Assembly (NCBI GenBank): GCA_038259325.1
Contig: JBBSOX010000018.1
Coordinates: 5,901-69,900 of the forward strand
Direction: 5' to 3'
DNA: 64,000 nt
Source of the DNA: Chroococcales cyanobacterium
GTDB taxonomy: Bacteria > Cyanobacteriota > Cyanobacteriia > Cyanobacteriales > Nostocaceae
The notes under the pieces were generated by a model, which saw only the letters and a list, made by a program, of their open reading frames with translations, was not told where the DNA came from and did no database searches. A program made the position numbers and the translations under genes. The stretch's first letter is position 1, and the number at the start of each line of letters is the position of its first letter. Below are positions 1 to 8,990 of the stretch, piece by piece.

Positions 1-197
1 TCGAAGAAGTAATGCTGACCGGTTTCCGCGATATTTGATTTTATCCTCATCATTCAAGTTCTGAACTCGAAATTTGCACCTCAGAACACAAATTGTCGAG
101 TCAAAAGGGCGTAGGTCTAGCCTGTCGGATACATTGCTCAACCTCTAAGCTCAACCAATAAGCTATTTTTACTCATCTAAACGGTGTGCGATCGCAT

Positions 198-354
198 TCA
201 GCAAATTCCGCTACGCCACCAAGTCTGGCGATCGCTGTTATGGTGCATCCGTACAATACAAGCGGGAGATGATACTTTTGGGGAGGACGCTGTAATGATA
301 CTGGAATGCCAAACCACTTTCCCAATCGCCCGTGGCGAGTTCTTCGTTAGTCAT
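198..354 (-). pseudogene. Frameshifted fragment of a Roc-COR (COR domain) protein
   Basis: Minus strand reads MTNEELATGDWESGLAFQYHYSVLPKSIISR, then after a 1-nt shift IVRMHHNSDRQTWWRSGIC*. This resembles the COR signature FQYHY..LP..IISRFIVRMH...WRSG. Not in the ORF track. Confidence 0.6.
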
Positions 355-431
355 TTCGGATTTTACAGAGGCGATGCCTGACGACGAGTTGCTGCTTGGA
401 CGCGCAGCAGGAAATTGAGCTAATTAATAAT

Positions 432-522
432 AGACATCTCCAGAAATAAATTATGCGTTACCTGAAACCCTTGTAGAGACGTTGCATTGCAACGTCTCTA
501 CATTCATTTTCACCAGATGTCT
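432..522. mobile_element. 91-bp MITE (family A), TIR AGACATCT, 3-bp target duplication AAT
   Basis: AGACATCT...AGATGTCT flanked by AAT (429-431) and AAT (523-525). Internal palindrome GTAGAGACGTTGCATTGCAACGTCTCTAC. A second copy at 11710-11800 differs at 3 positions. Confidence 0.85.
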
Positions 523-677
523 AATGTAGCCTGTATGAAGTATTGCATTCAGGCAATGTGTGTGCGATCGCAGACTCCAGATGACATCATATTTGAGGTT
601 AGAGTATAGTTTTAGACGACATCAGTTTTTAAAATGATGTTTATACTTAGAACTCAGTAAATGAAAGCAGGTGCGTA

Positions 678-1586
678 ATGAAACTACAAGATTTTTTGGG
701 AAAAGATGAGAAATGGGGATTTGAAGCGATCGCAGAAGATGAAGAATTATCTCGTCAGATTCAGATATTGTTAATCAGTTTAGGTTTGCTAGAACCACCA
801 GCAGATGGTAAATTTGGCCCTGTTTCTGTGATAGCTCTCAAAAAATTTCAAGAGTTAACAAAGCTTGAAGAGAATGGCTTTTTAGGAGCAGTCACAGCCA
901 AGAAACTAATTGAAACCAAACTAGATGATCTTCCTAAACCCCCTTTAAAACTTGGTAATGACATTGCTAGCAGGATTGTAAAATACTTGCTATCTAAAAA
1001 TTATGAGGTATTCACCAATCCCAAAGAATACAACATTGTTTATATAGAGGGTATAGATGGAGACTGGATTCTTAACAATGATGCACCCAATCAATTTAAT
1101 GATCGGCGAATTGTCATTGAAGTAGTAAATAGTGTTCCCAAAATCGTAGATCATTGGGAAGCTACTACAGAACCAGGGAAGTACTACACTTATAAACCGA
1201 TGAATCCCAAAGGAGCAGCTAGGATTCAGTTTGGACAATACAAAGCTTGGGCTGTTGGCACCCACGGCACAGCAGAGCCTCATGAAGCATTAGTGCAAGT
1301 TGGAAATATAACTGTTTGTAGAGATTTCAATAAAGATTTTATACGGACTGGCGACAAACTTGATACAGGTAATAATTTTTACGTTAATCAACACTACGGC
1401 TTTGATTTCCCCCGGAATGATATTCGCCTTGCTAGCGCGGGTTGTTTAGTGGGACGGACTCGCCAGGGACATAGAGAGTTTATGGCAATTATTAAACAAG
1501 ACCGCCGTTATGTCGCTAATCGCAAATATACTTTTTACGCTAGTGTGATTCCTGGGGATGATTTACTGAAAACCTTTCCAGGATGA
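678..1586 (+). CDS. Peptidoglycan-binding domain protein with C-terminal L,D-transpeptidase-like (YkuD-like) domain
   Basis: N-terminal PG_binding_1-like motif (LQILLISLGL..ADGKFGP....ALKKFQ). C-terminal NQH-x11-SAGC resembles the His/Cys motif of L,D-transpeptidases. Confidence 0.65.
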   Translation: MKLQDFLGKDEKWGFEAIAEDEELSRQIQILLISLGLLEPPADGKFGPVSVIALKKFQELTKLEENGFLGAVTAKKLIETKLDDLPKPPLKLGNDIASRIVKYLLSKNYEVFTNPKEYNIVYIEGIDGDWILNNDAPNQFNDRRIVIEVVNSVPKIVDHWEATTEPGKYYTYKPMNPKGAARIQFGQYKAWAVGTHGTAEPHEALVQVGNITVCRDFNKDFIRTGDKLDTGNNFYVNQHYGFDFPRNDIRLASAGCLVGRTRQGHREFMAIIKQDRRYVANRKYTFYASVIPGDDLLKTFPG

Positions 1587-1632
1587 GGTAATGGTTAATT
1601 GGTAGCATTTTTTGTGGTGATGCAATGTGTGC

Positions 1633-1659
1633 TAGGGACGTACAACTGTGCGTCCCTAC
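1633..1659. repeat. Short REP-like palindrome TAGGGACGTACAACTGTGCGTCCCTAC (uninterrupted copy)
   Basis: Imperfect palindrome just past the hemJ stop. The same family is interrupted by insertions at 11688-12015 and 58300-58542. Confidence 0.7.
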
Positions 1660-1682
1660 TTTGTGTAATACAGCAACTTTGT

Positions 1683-2264
1683 CTAACTTTGTTCTTGCGG
1701 TTGCCCTATCTGTGCCGTAAGCTTTTCTTTATCCTGCCTGCGTTTTTTGGCATAAAGTTGAATAGTTACTGCCATGAAAATAATCATGGCGAAAATAGCC
1801 CAAGCAGCGATATCTGTAGGTAGATTATTCTTAAATACAGCCAGCAACACGATTGCTACTAACATAACTGTAGGCGCTTCATTTAGAGCACGTAATTGCT
1901 GACCACTCCAGCCACATTCATCTACTGCTAACTTTTTCATCAGCCGAGCGCAGTAATGATGATAGCCAATTAAAATGGCAACAAATAGCAGTTTTATATG
2001 CAACCAACCCTCTTTTAAAACATCCGGTTCAGTGCTTACTAAACCGATCGCCATTGCGATCGTCACGTACATTCCTGGGTTAGTAATGATATAGTAGAGG
2101 CGCTTTTCCATAATTTGATACTGATTTTTCAGTATCGTTCGCGCTGGTTCAGGTTCAAGGTTAGCTTCAACGTGATAGATAAAAAGACGTACCAAGTAGA
2201 ACAAACCAGCGAACCAAACTACAAATCCGACAATATGAAATGCTTTAAACCATGAATAAGCCAT
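1683..2264 (-). CDS. hemJ: Protoporphyrinogen IX oxidase HemJ
   Basis: N-terminus YSWFKAFHIVGFVVWFAGLFYLVRLFIYH, WLHIKL motif, NEAPT motif, four hydrophobic helices. Confidence 0.95.
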   Translation of the reverse strand: MAYSWFKAFHIVGFVVWFAGLFYLVRLFIYHVEANLEPEPARTILKNQYQIMEKRLYYIITNPGMYVTIAMAIGLVSTEPDVLKEGWLHIKLLFVAILIGYHHYCARLMKKLAVDECGWSGQQLRALNEAPTVMLVAIVLLAVFKNNLPTDIAAWAIFAMIIFMAVTIQLYAKKRRQDKEKLTAQIGQPQEQS

Positions 2265-2451
2265 TAATCCTCAACTCCATCAGTGTGAATTTGATACATT
2301 TTTAGTGTTAATAAAAAGTTCACAAATGCAGGCTGGAATAACATTATAAGTCTGGCAAAAATCCAGAATTAATTTCTTTACCACAGATAAATCATAGGTG
2401 TTTATCTGTGGTTTCATTTTTATAATATCGATTTTTGCCAAAAGTATATTG

Positions 2452-3303
2452 TCAATGAGCATCTTTCCGACGCACAAATGGTAAAAGGTCTTCTAAAATC
2501 GCCTCGTGGTAATGTTCTTGGGGATAATGTCCGACGTTATTAAGTTTTATTAATTCGGTATTTGGTACGGATTTGGCAAAATTTTCGGCAATGTCTACGG
2601 GCAACCAAGGGTCAATCATACCCCATTGAATGAGAATTGGCTGTTGCCATTCTTTAAAGCCAGATTCGATTTCTTTCATTGCTGAATCAAGCTGTAAATT
2701 GCGAATACTTGATAAGAGACTCCGCCCAGATGAAGAACTTTTTAAAAATGGTTTTCGATAAACATCTAATTCCTTATCTCCTATACGATAACGGCTTCCA
2801 CTTTCTAGTGTCCGGTCAACTAATAGGGGGTCTTGGGTCATAACTTCACCTGCCAAAGGTAAACCCATTTGTTTAATTTTCCAGGGTAATTTGGCAGCAG
2901 TTGAAATTGGTGTATTTAAGATAGCTAAATTGGCAATTTGTTCTGGATGACGCAAGGCATATTGTAGCCCTACAGAACCTAAAAATCCTTGGACAACTAA
3001 AGAAAAATGTTCAAGTTCTAGCGCTTTAATAAATCCTTCTAAAGCTGTGATAAAAGCATCGGGAGTGTAGGCAAAATCTCGTTTTTCTGGTTTTGCAGAA
3101 AAGCCATAACCAATCCAATCTGGTGCGATCACTCTTGTACCCTGATTCGCTAAAGCAGGTATAATATTACGCCAACTATAACTTTGCGAGACTAAGCCAT
3201 GTAGCAACAACACAGGCGCTAAGTCAGTTCTGCCAATTGGTGAAGATTCTCGATAAAACCATTCCAGTGAATCTACATTGATTTTATGTTCTGTTATTGA
3301 CAC
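2452..3303 (-). CDS. Alpha/beta fold hydrolase (haloalkane dehalogenase-like)
   Basis: LLLHG, APDWIGYGFS, and the C-terminal GHYPQE catalytic His motif. Confidence 0.85.
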   Translation of the reverse strand: MSITEHKINVDSLEWFYRESSPIGRTDLAPVLLLHGLVSQSYSWRNIIPALANQGTRVIAPDWIGYGFSAKPEKRDFAYTPDAFITALEGFIKALELEHFSLVVQGFLGSVGLQYALRHPEQIANLAILNTPISTAAKLPWKIKQMGLPLAGEVMTQDPLLVDRTLESGSRYRIGDKELDVYRKPFLKSSSSGRSLLSSIRNLQLDSAMKEIESGFKEWQQPILIQWGMIDPWLPVDIAENFAKSVPNTELIKLNNVGHYPQEHYHEAILEDLLPFVRRKDAH

Positions 3304-3317
3304 GCTATATTCCTATA

Positions 3318-3556
3318 TTGGGCATTCAGAATTGGGCATGGGGCATTGGGCACTTGTACTGAGCGTAGTCGAAGTATTAGGCATGGGGCATTGGGCATTG
3401 GGCATTGGGCACTTGTACTGAGCGTAGTCGAAGTATTGGGCATTGGGCATTGAGCATTAGTTATTCTTTCTCCTCCTGCTCCCTCATCCCCCTCATCTCC
3501 CTCATCTCCCTCATCTCCCTCATCTCCCCCACTCCCTACTCCCCACTCCCCATTCC
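3318..3556. repeat. STRR arrays (GGCATTG)n with two inserted 24-nt units, followed by (CCCTCATCT)n and (CCCCACT)n
   Basis: Tandem heptamers visible directly. CTTGTACTGAGCGTAGTCGAAGTA occurs at 3353-3376 and 3412-3435. Confidence 0.9.
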
Positions 3557-4642
3557 CTGAGAAATAATCATCCCACGAATCGCATAAGCTGTAGCGGGTG
3601 CTAGCAAAACGCCGTTGCGATAGTGTCCGGTAGCTAGGAGGACATTACTAAACCCTGGCAACTTCCCAATAACTGGGGCTGGGCGACCTTCAGGACGGGG
3701 ACGTAAACCCGACCAGGTGCGGAGAATAGTTGCTGTGGCTAATTCTGGACAAAATGCGATCGCTTGTTCTCTAACAGATTCCAACAATTCTTGATTTGGC
3801 GGTATCTCATCGCCATTGTTGGGAAATTCCACAGTTGCACCCACCCAATAATCTCCATCGCCCACAGGAACAATATGCACATCGTTACCCGTTATCGCTG
3901 GCTGGAAATCAGGATTACCTAATGGATGCCCTACATGCATTTGCAACGCTTGCCCAAGTACGGGGCGGATATCAATTATCTGATTTAATTTTGCTGTTAG
4001 GGGTGTTGAACCTAGTCCTGCTGCGATTACAAACCAATCTGCGGCTATTTTTCCTTCTGTAGTCTCAAGGCAATGGCAAAATTCAGATGTTGAGGTTTGG
4101 GCATCCAAAACAGCCACACCAAATTTGAAAGTTACCCCATTTTGCTGGGCAGCCTCAACTAAAGCTAAGGTGAGGGCAGTTGGATCAAGCTGGCGGTCTT
4201 GCGGAGAATAGACAGCACCAGTAATTTTTTCGTGAGCAACTTGAGGACAAATATTTTGGAGTTTAGCGGTGTCCCAAATTTCTAAATTCCAGCCTTGAGA
4301 GTGGCGAATTTCTACAAGCTTTTCCCATGCTGCTAAATTCTCCTCTTGCAAACCCAGACTGAGAATTCCCTGGCGATTAAAAGGGATTTTGCGACTTGTT
4401 AAAGCTTCTAGTTTAGGAATCAAAGTTTCATAGCGTTGGATGCTAGTTTGTCGCATCTGCCAAGCTTTACCCTTGATTTTTTGACTGATTACACCCATTA
4501 AAACGCCAAGTGCAGCGCCCGTGGAAGCTTGTGCTGGTGGTTGCCGATCGCAAACTGTAATTTTTAGCCCTTTTACTAGACTCAGTTCGTAAGCGATCGC
4601 AGCCCCAACTACACCACAACCGATAATAACTACATGACTCAT
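3536..4642 (-). CDS. FAD-dependent oxidoreductase (glycine oxidase / D-amino acid oxidase family)
   Basis: GCGVVG dinucleotide-binding motif, WSGLRP, ATGHYRNGVLLAP. Confidence 0.9.
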   Translation of the reverse strand: MSHVVIIGCGVVGAAIAYELSLVKGLKITVCDRQPPAQASTGAALGVLMGVISQKIKGKAWQMRQTSIQRYETLIPKLEALTSRKIPFNRQGILSLGLQEENLAAWEKLVEIRHSQGWNLEIWDTAKLQNICPQVAHEKITGAVYSPQDRQLDPTALTLALVEAAQQNGVTFKFGVAVLDAQTSTSEFCHCLETTEGKIAADWFVIAAGLGSTPLTAKLNQIIDIRPVLGQALQMHVGHPLGNPDFQPAITGNDVHIVPVGDGDYWVGATVEFPNNGDEIPPNQELLESVREQAIAFCPELATATILRTWSGLRPRPEGRPAPVIGKLPGFSNVLLATGHYRNGVLLAPATAYAIRGMIISQGMGSGE

Positions 4643-4750
4643 TGCTGTTTTGAGGCGAAGATCGAAAGATGCGGGAGATAAGGGAACAGGGGGAGCAATT
4701 TTTACTCTCCCTTATCCTCCTCATTCCCCTTTGCTCATCTTACCTTGCGC

Positions 4751-5218
4751 TTAACTTGCCTCTGCTTCACTGCTGGTCTTAGGAAGCAGGTCGAGGAATT
4801 TGTCAATCTCTGCGAAAGCAGCTTGGGATTGATTCAAGGCAACTAGAGGATTGCTAGCACTAGTAGCTTTATCGAGTTTAACCAGGTCTTTAAAAAAATC
4901 TCGCGTTATTTGACGTGCTGTGGGTTGGTCTTTGGGTAGAAGATTGGGAGTGATATAAGTCAGATTCAGCTTTGCTTCTGTTATCGGCCCATGTATAAAG
5001 TTACGCACATTGATCCAATCACCTTTTTTAATCAGGGTTGTCAATTCTTCTGAGCGATCGCGCACAGCCTGAATTTCAGGAACATAAGCCTGAATTTTTT
5101 CAAGTTGTACTGCTGTGTAAGTCGGAGGTGCGATCGCAACATCAGGGCCACCACAACTAATGAGGAATGTGGCCAATAGTACTAGGAAAAATGAAAAAAT
5201 CGAGCGTTGACGCACCAT
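4751..5218 (-). CDS. psbQ: Photosystem II extrinsic lipoprotein PsbQ (CyanoQ)
   Basis: Lipobox (FLISC), PPTYT, W..VRNFIHGP motif. Confidence 0.9.
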   Translation of the reverse strand: MVRQRSIFSFFLVLLATFLISCGGPDVAIAPPTYTAVQLEKIQAYVPEIQAVRDRSEELTTLIKKGDWINVRNFIHGPITEAKLNLTYITPNLLPKDQPTARQITRDFFKDLVKLDKATSASNPLVALNQSQAAFAEIDKFLDLLPKTSSEAEAS

Positions 5219-5568
5219 ATATTGAACTTAATTGCTTTTGGTTTACCGATTCACAGTGTCATTTTAGATCGCTAGCGCAGTCAATCGTTCTTGTCAGCCA
5301 AGGATTTTGCAGAAAATCTTGATATTTTTTCCAAACGGCAGAGTTTCATCTGCTTTTTAAGTATGATTACTTAAAAGGTGTTAGCTAGTCTCAACAAGAA
5401 GCGATTTTTGGTATCTGTCTAGTAGCCAGGATTGTTAGGGAAATATGATTTAGAGTTGCTAAATCTCAAAGGTCTTGATAAGCTGAAACACCAATACTAT
5501 AGGCCTTATGGCGGTTTTTCTGTCTTCACATCCCGGAAGATGCCGACGCAATATAGGAGTATTTTTTA

Positions 5569-5997
5569 GTGAACGCAGCCGAACAGGCAACGAACCTTGA
5601 ACTCGCCAGCAACATTGCTACGGTGGTTAATTTGTTCAAATTTGAGTTTCCTGATGCCAAATCTGATCTCAAACCCTGGAAGAATGACCCGGAAACCAGG
5701 GAGTTAGTCGATCCAGATTCTATAGATATTGGCTTTCACTTTCCTGGTATCAGCAAATCTTGGCGAAGTCGCAGTATTTTAATTCAAATCCGATTTTATC
5801 AAGATCCCATCAATAATTCCCGGCGTGCGATCGGTGTGGAGGTAGCTGGATTCGATCATCGCGGTGAAGCGTGGCGACTTTCTACGGTAGAAAACTGGAG
5901 TGTTGTCGGCGCATCTTCGCCTTCTGGTGAAATTGAGCATAAGCTTAAACAAATTTGCCGACAGATTTTAGAAGTTTTTAATAAACCAAGTGAATGA
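5569..5997 (+). CDS. Conserved cyanobacterial hypothetical protein
   Basis: 142-aa ORF with GGAG upstream; DPDSIDIGFHFPG motif; function not recognised. Confidence 0.8.
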   Translation: MNAAEQATNLELASNIATVVNLFKFEFPDAKSDLKPWKNDPETRELVDPDSIDIGFHFPGISKSWRSRSILIQIRFYQDPINNSRRAIGVEVAGFDHRGEAWRLSTVENWSVVGASSPSGEIEHKLKQICRQILEVFNKPSE

Positions 5998-6148
5998 AAT
6001 CAACTTGTGTCAGAGAAAGTAGTGAGGAATAATACAGAGGAGAGCTTTGCGATTACTCTTTTTTCTTCTTGAGTTTTGTTTAAGTCCAGTCTAAGCGTTG
6101 TAAAATGCTTTTTCAGTTGATGTTAAGATAGCATTTGGATTGGCGGGG

Positions 6149-6634
6149 CTAGCCAAAATAAGAATAGACTACCAATTTAAAACTTGGAATTACAACAATC
6201 CATCCTTCGTCTTTGGAGGAGTAGTAGCTTCCTTTTTTAGAAGCAGCGGGAAGGATTTGAGACAACAGTGAACGACTTGCACCCGAACAACCCAAACCTG
6301 GCCAAGTGCCTTCACTCGTCCATGAATTGGGAACTGGTGTTTCTTTCCATGAACTATAGGTGTAGTAGCGATCTTTGCTTTTTCTTGAATAGATAGCGTC
6401 GTTAAAAAAATCGAGACCTTTGCGGGAAATGGCATCCGCAGTTGCATCTGATAGTCGAAATATAGCTGCGCCACAACCCTCTCGAATAATACCACTCACA
6501 CCGCCAATGTGTATGGCGTAGGTTATCCCAATTTTCGCGGGAATAGAACCACTATACCAATAGTACTTAAAAACCGAGCATGCTACATATACAGTAATAA
6601 TTATTGAGGTAATGATTTTTACAATTTTTTTCAT
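6149..6634 (-). CDS. Hypothetical protein with N-terminal signal/TM segment
   Basis: 161-aa ORF with a basic-hydrophobic N-terminus; no family recognised. Confidence 0.6.
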   Translation of the reverse strand: MKKIVKIITSIIITVYVACSVFKYYWYSGSIPAKIGITYAIHIGGVSGIIREGCGAAIFRLSDATADAISRKGLDFFNDAIYSRKSKDRYYTYSSWKETPVPNSWTSEGTWPGLGCSGASRSLLSQILPAASKKGSYYSSKDEGWIVVIPSFKLVVYSYFG

Positions 6635-6676
6635 TAGCCAGACAAAGGAGTTGAACAGTTCAAAGGGAACTTCCTA

Positions 6677-6865
6677 TCATAGCAAAACCTTCGTTTTCGT
6701 CAATTTTAAAGTAACAACTTCATCAAAAACGTATGTTGTTGTTATTAAAAAAGGTTTGGATTTTATTAAATTAGCCCAATTTTGTAATACTTTTTGATGA
6801 GCATATTCATTTTTGATTTCCAGAGCTAAAATATAGCTGGTATCTAAAAAGTAGATACTTCTCAT
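6677..6865 (-). pseudogene. Truncated PIN-domain (VapC-like) toxin
   Basis: IYFLDTSYILAL and TTTYVFDEVVT are PIN N-terminal motifs. The ORF stops at 62 aa, about half of a PIN domain, and lacks the C-terminal acidic residues. Confidence 0.75.
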
Positions 6866-7071
6866 GGGTTATAGAGATAGCGATCGTGGTTAATTGCACC
6901 ATCTGTCACATCACATTCCACAGGATTTGAACCTAAATCCCAAATAGAAGATGTTTGTTTGATACTAGTAATAATAATTTTTCCATTTTCTTGAATAATC
7001 TCAAACTCTTGATTTTCTCCTAATAGTTCTTTAGGGATTAATAAGCCTTTTTCTGTTGCTGTTAATTTCAT
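6862..7071 (-). CDS. Putative antitoxin (AbrB/VapB-like)
   Basis: 69 aa with AbrB-like KGLLIPKELLG...EIIQENGKIII. Its stop overlaps the PIN start (ATGA). Confidence 0.65.
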   Translation of the reverse strand: MKLTATEKGLLIPKELLGENQEFEIIQENGKIIITSIKQTSSIWDLGSNPVECDVTDGAINHDRYLYNP

Positions 7072-7159
7072 GTTTAATTACCTTGATTGATTTTGTAAGC
7101 TAATCAAATGAATTTGCTTTAAGGCGGGCAAGATGCCCACCCCACAAAATTGGATAAGA

Positions 7160-8653
7160 CTACCAGTTACCTACAGGTTGAGCAGTTGCAGAAAACATTG
7201 AAGGATCGATTGAAATGCCCAATCCTTCAGCTACACGACGACCATAAGAAATATCTGCCCGGAAGAAGTGGCAAAGTTGGCGCATTTGGATGTCTTCCCT
7301 TGCTTGAGAGAGACTACCGACAATATTTTTAGCAAGACGCTCTTGCTGTTCAGGAGTTAGTAACCGATACAGATTACCTGCTTGGGTGTAATCGTCGTTT
7401 CCTTCACGATGACTGTAACGATCGACTGTGACATCGCCCAAATGACTAGGTGGTTCTGCATAAGCTGGATTTTCTTTGGGCGTACCCTCAGCACTATTCG
7501 GTTCATAGTTAGGAACGCTACCGCCGTTGTTCCCCGGTGCCATAAAGCCATCTCGCTGATAATGCATCACTGGACATTTGGGCTGGTTAACAGGTAGTTG
7601 CTGATAGTTACCACCCAAGCGATACCGTTGAGCATCTGGGTAAGAAAAAATTCGAGCTTGAAGCATTTTGTCTGGAGAGAAACTAATGCCCGGAACCACT
7701 GCACTAGGGCTAAAAGCGGCTTGCTCTACTTCGGCGAAATAATTCTCAGGGTTACGATTTAACTCTAATATCCCGACTTCAATTAAAGGATATTCGCCTT
7801 GTTTCCAAACTTTGGTCAAGTCAAAAGGATTATCAGGATGTTTTTGGGCTTGCTCCTCGGTCATCACCTGAATACACATCCGCCACTTAGGATAGTCTTT
7901 TTTAGCGATCGCTTCAAACAAATCATGAGTCGCATGATCGGGATCTTCGCCCTTAATCTTAGCTGATTCATCTTCCGTCAAAGTTTGATGCCCTTGCAGA
8001 GTCTTAAAGTGAAATTTACACCAAACGCGATCGCCTTCAGCATTAATTAAACTGAAGGTGTGGCTACCAAAACCGTCCATGTGGCGATGGGTTTTGGGAA
8101 TTCCCCGATCTGAAAAGAGGATTGTCACTTGGTGAAGCGATTCTGGACTAAGTGACCAAAAATCCCACTTTGCATTCTGGTCTTTGCAATTAGTTTGGGG
8201 ATTGCGCTTTTGGGTATGGATAAAATCAGGAAACTTCAAAGGGTCGCGGATGAAGAAAATAGGGGTATTGTTACCTACAAGATCCCAGTTACCCTCCTCA
8301 GTATAAAACTTGAGGGAAAAACCTCTAGGGTCGCGCTCGGCATCTGCTGAACCTTTTTCTCCTCCAACTGTAGAAAAGCGCAAGAGAAGTTCTGTTTTCT
8401 TACCAATTTCAGAAAAAAGTTTGGCTTTACTGTAGCGGGTGATGTCATTGGTGATAGTCAAAGTACCGAAAGCAGCCGCACCTTTAGCGTGGACAACTCT
8501 TTCAGGAATACGTTCTCTGTTGAAATGAGCCAGCTTTTCTAACAGGTGGAAATCCTGCATTAATACAGGCCCACGCGCTCCAGCCGTGAGTGAGTTCTGA
8601 TTATCCGCAACAGGAATACCATCAGCAGTTGTCAAGTTTTGGGGTTCAGTCAT
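7160..8653 (-). CDS. katE: Monofunctional heme catalase (small subunit)
   Basis: [15 protein letters not shown] (distal His), [29 protein letters not shown] (proximal Tyr). Confidence 0.97.
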   Translation of the reverse strand: MTEPQNLTTADGIPVADNQNSLTAGARGPVLMQDFHLLEKLAHFNRERIPERVVHAKGAAAFGTLTITNDITRYSKAKLFSEIGKKTELLLRFSTVGGEKGSADAERDPRGFSLKFYTEEGNWDLVGNNTPIFFIRDPLKFPDFIHTQKRNPQTNCKDQNAKWDFWSLSPESLHQVTILFSDRGIPKTHRHMDGFGSHTFSLINAEGDRVWCKFHFKTLQGHQTLTEDESAKIKGEDPDHATHDLFEAIAKKDYPKWRMCIQVMTEEQAQKHPDNPFDLTKVWKQGEYPLIEVGILELNRNPENYFAEVEQAAFSPSAVVPGISFSPDKMLQARIFSYPDAQRYRLGGNYQQLPVNQPKCPVMHYQRDGFMAPGNNGGSVPNYEPNSAEGTPKENPAYAEPPSHLGDVTVDRYSHREGNDDYTQAGNLYRLLTPEQQERLAKNIVGSLSQAREDIQMRQLCHFFRADISYGRRVAEGLGISIDPSMFSATAQPVGNW

Positions 8654-8846
8654 GGATTAAGAAGTTCTCCGTTAGGTTATTCAGATTGCCAAAGTAAGTT
8701 TTAGTGAGTAGATAGATGGTTGCCTACTGATAGAGCTAATTAATTCATAGTCATAACGAGTTCACATATAAAGCATATTCGATATGGTTATGAATTACAA
8801 CAAGATTGTTTTGTATTTTTGGAATTGGTAGATACGCATATTTATG

Positions 8847-8988
8847 CATTAATGTCAACTTAAAGCCTGGGCAAAGTTTATTCGCAGCTAGACAAACAAA
8901 GTCAGCCTACATGGAACATGGGCTTGAGCAACTGATTTAACCCACGGAGGTGGGTTTTGTTTGTGTAGACGCGGTTTCTAACCGCCCT
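8847..8988. mobile_element. One-ended remnant of family B MITE with palindromic cargo
   Basis: CATTAATGTCAACTTAA matches the family B TIR CATTGGTGTCAACTTAA at 15/17. It follows a palindrome half-site (GTAGATACGCATATTTATG) and precedes an imperfect inverted repeat. No right end found. Confidence 0.55.
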
Positions 8989-8990
8989 TT

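Noticed and set aside
1-38. Possible 3' end of a plus-strand gene (EEVMLTGFRDI*)
   Set aside because: Too short to assign; cut by the window edge.
184-381. 65-aa plus-strand ORF
   Set aside because: Antisense shadow of the COR-like pseudogene; no recognisable motif.
3353-3435. Two-repeat mini-CRISPR
   Set aside because: The 'spacer' is STRR sequence and the unit recurs elsewhere as a dispersed repeat.
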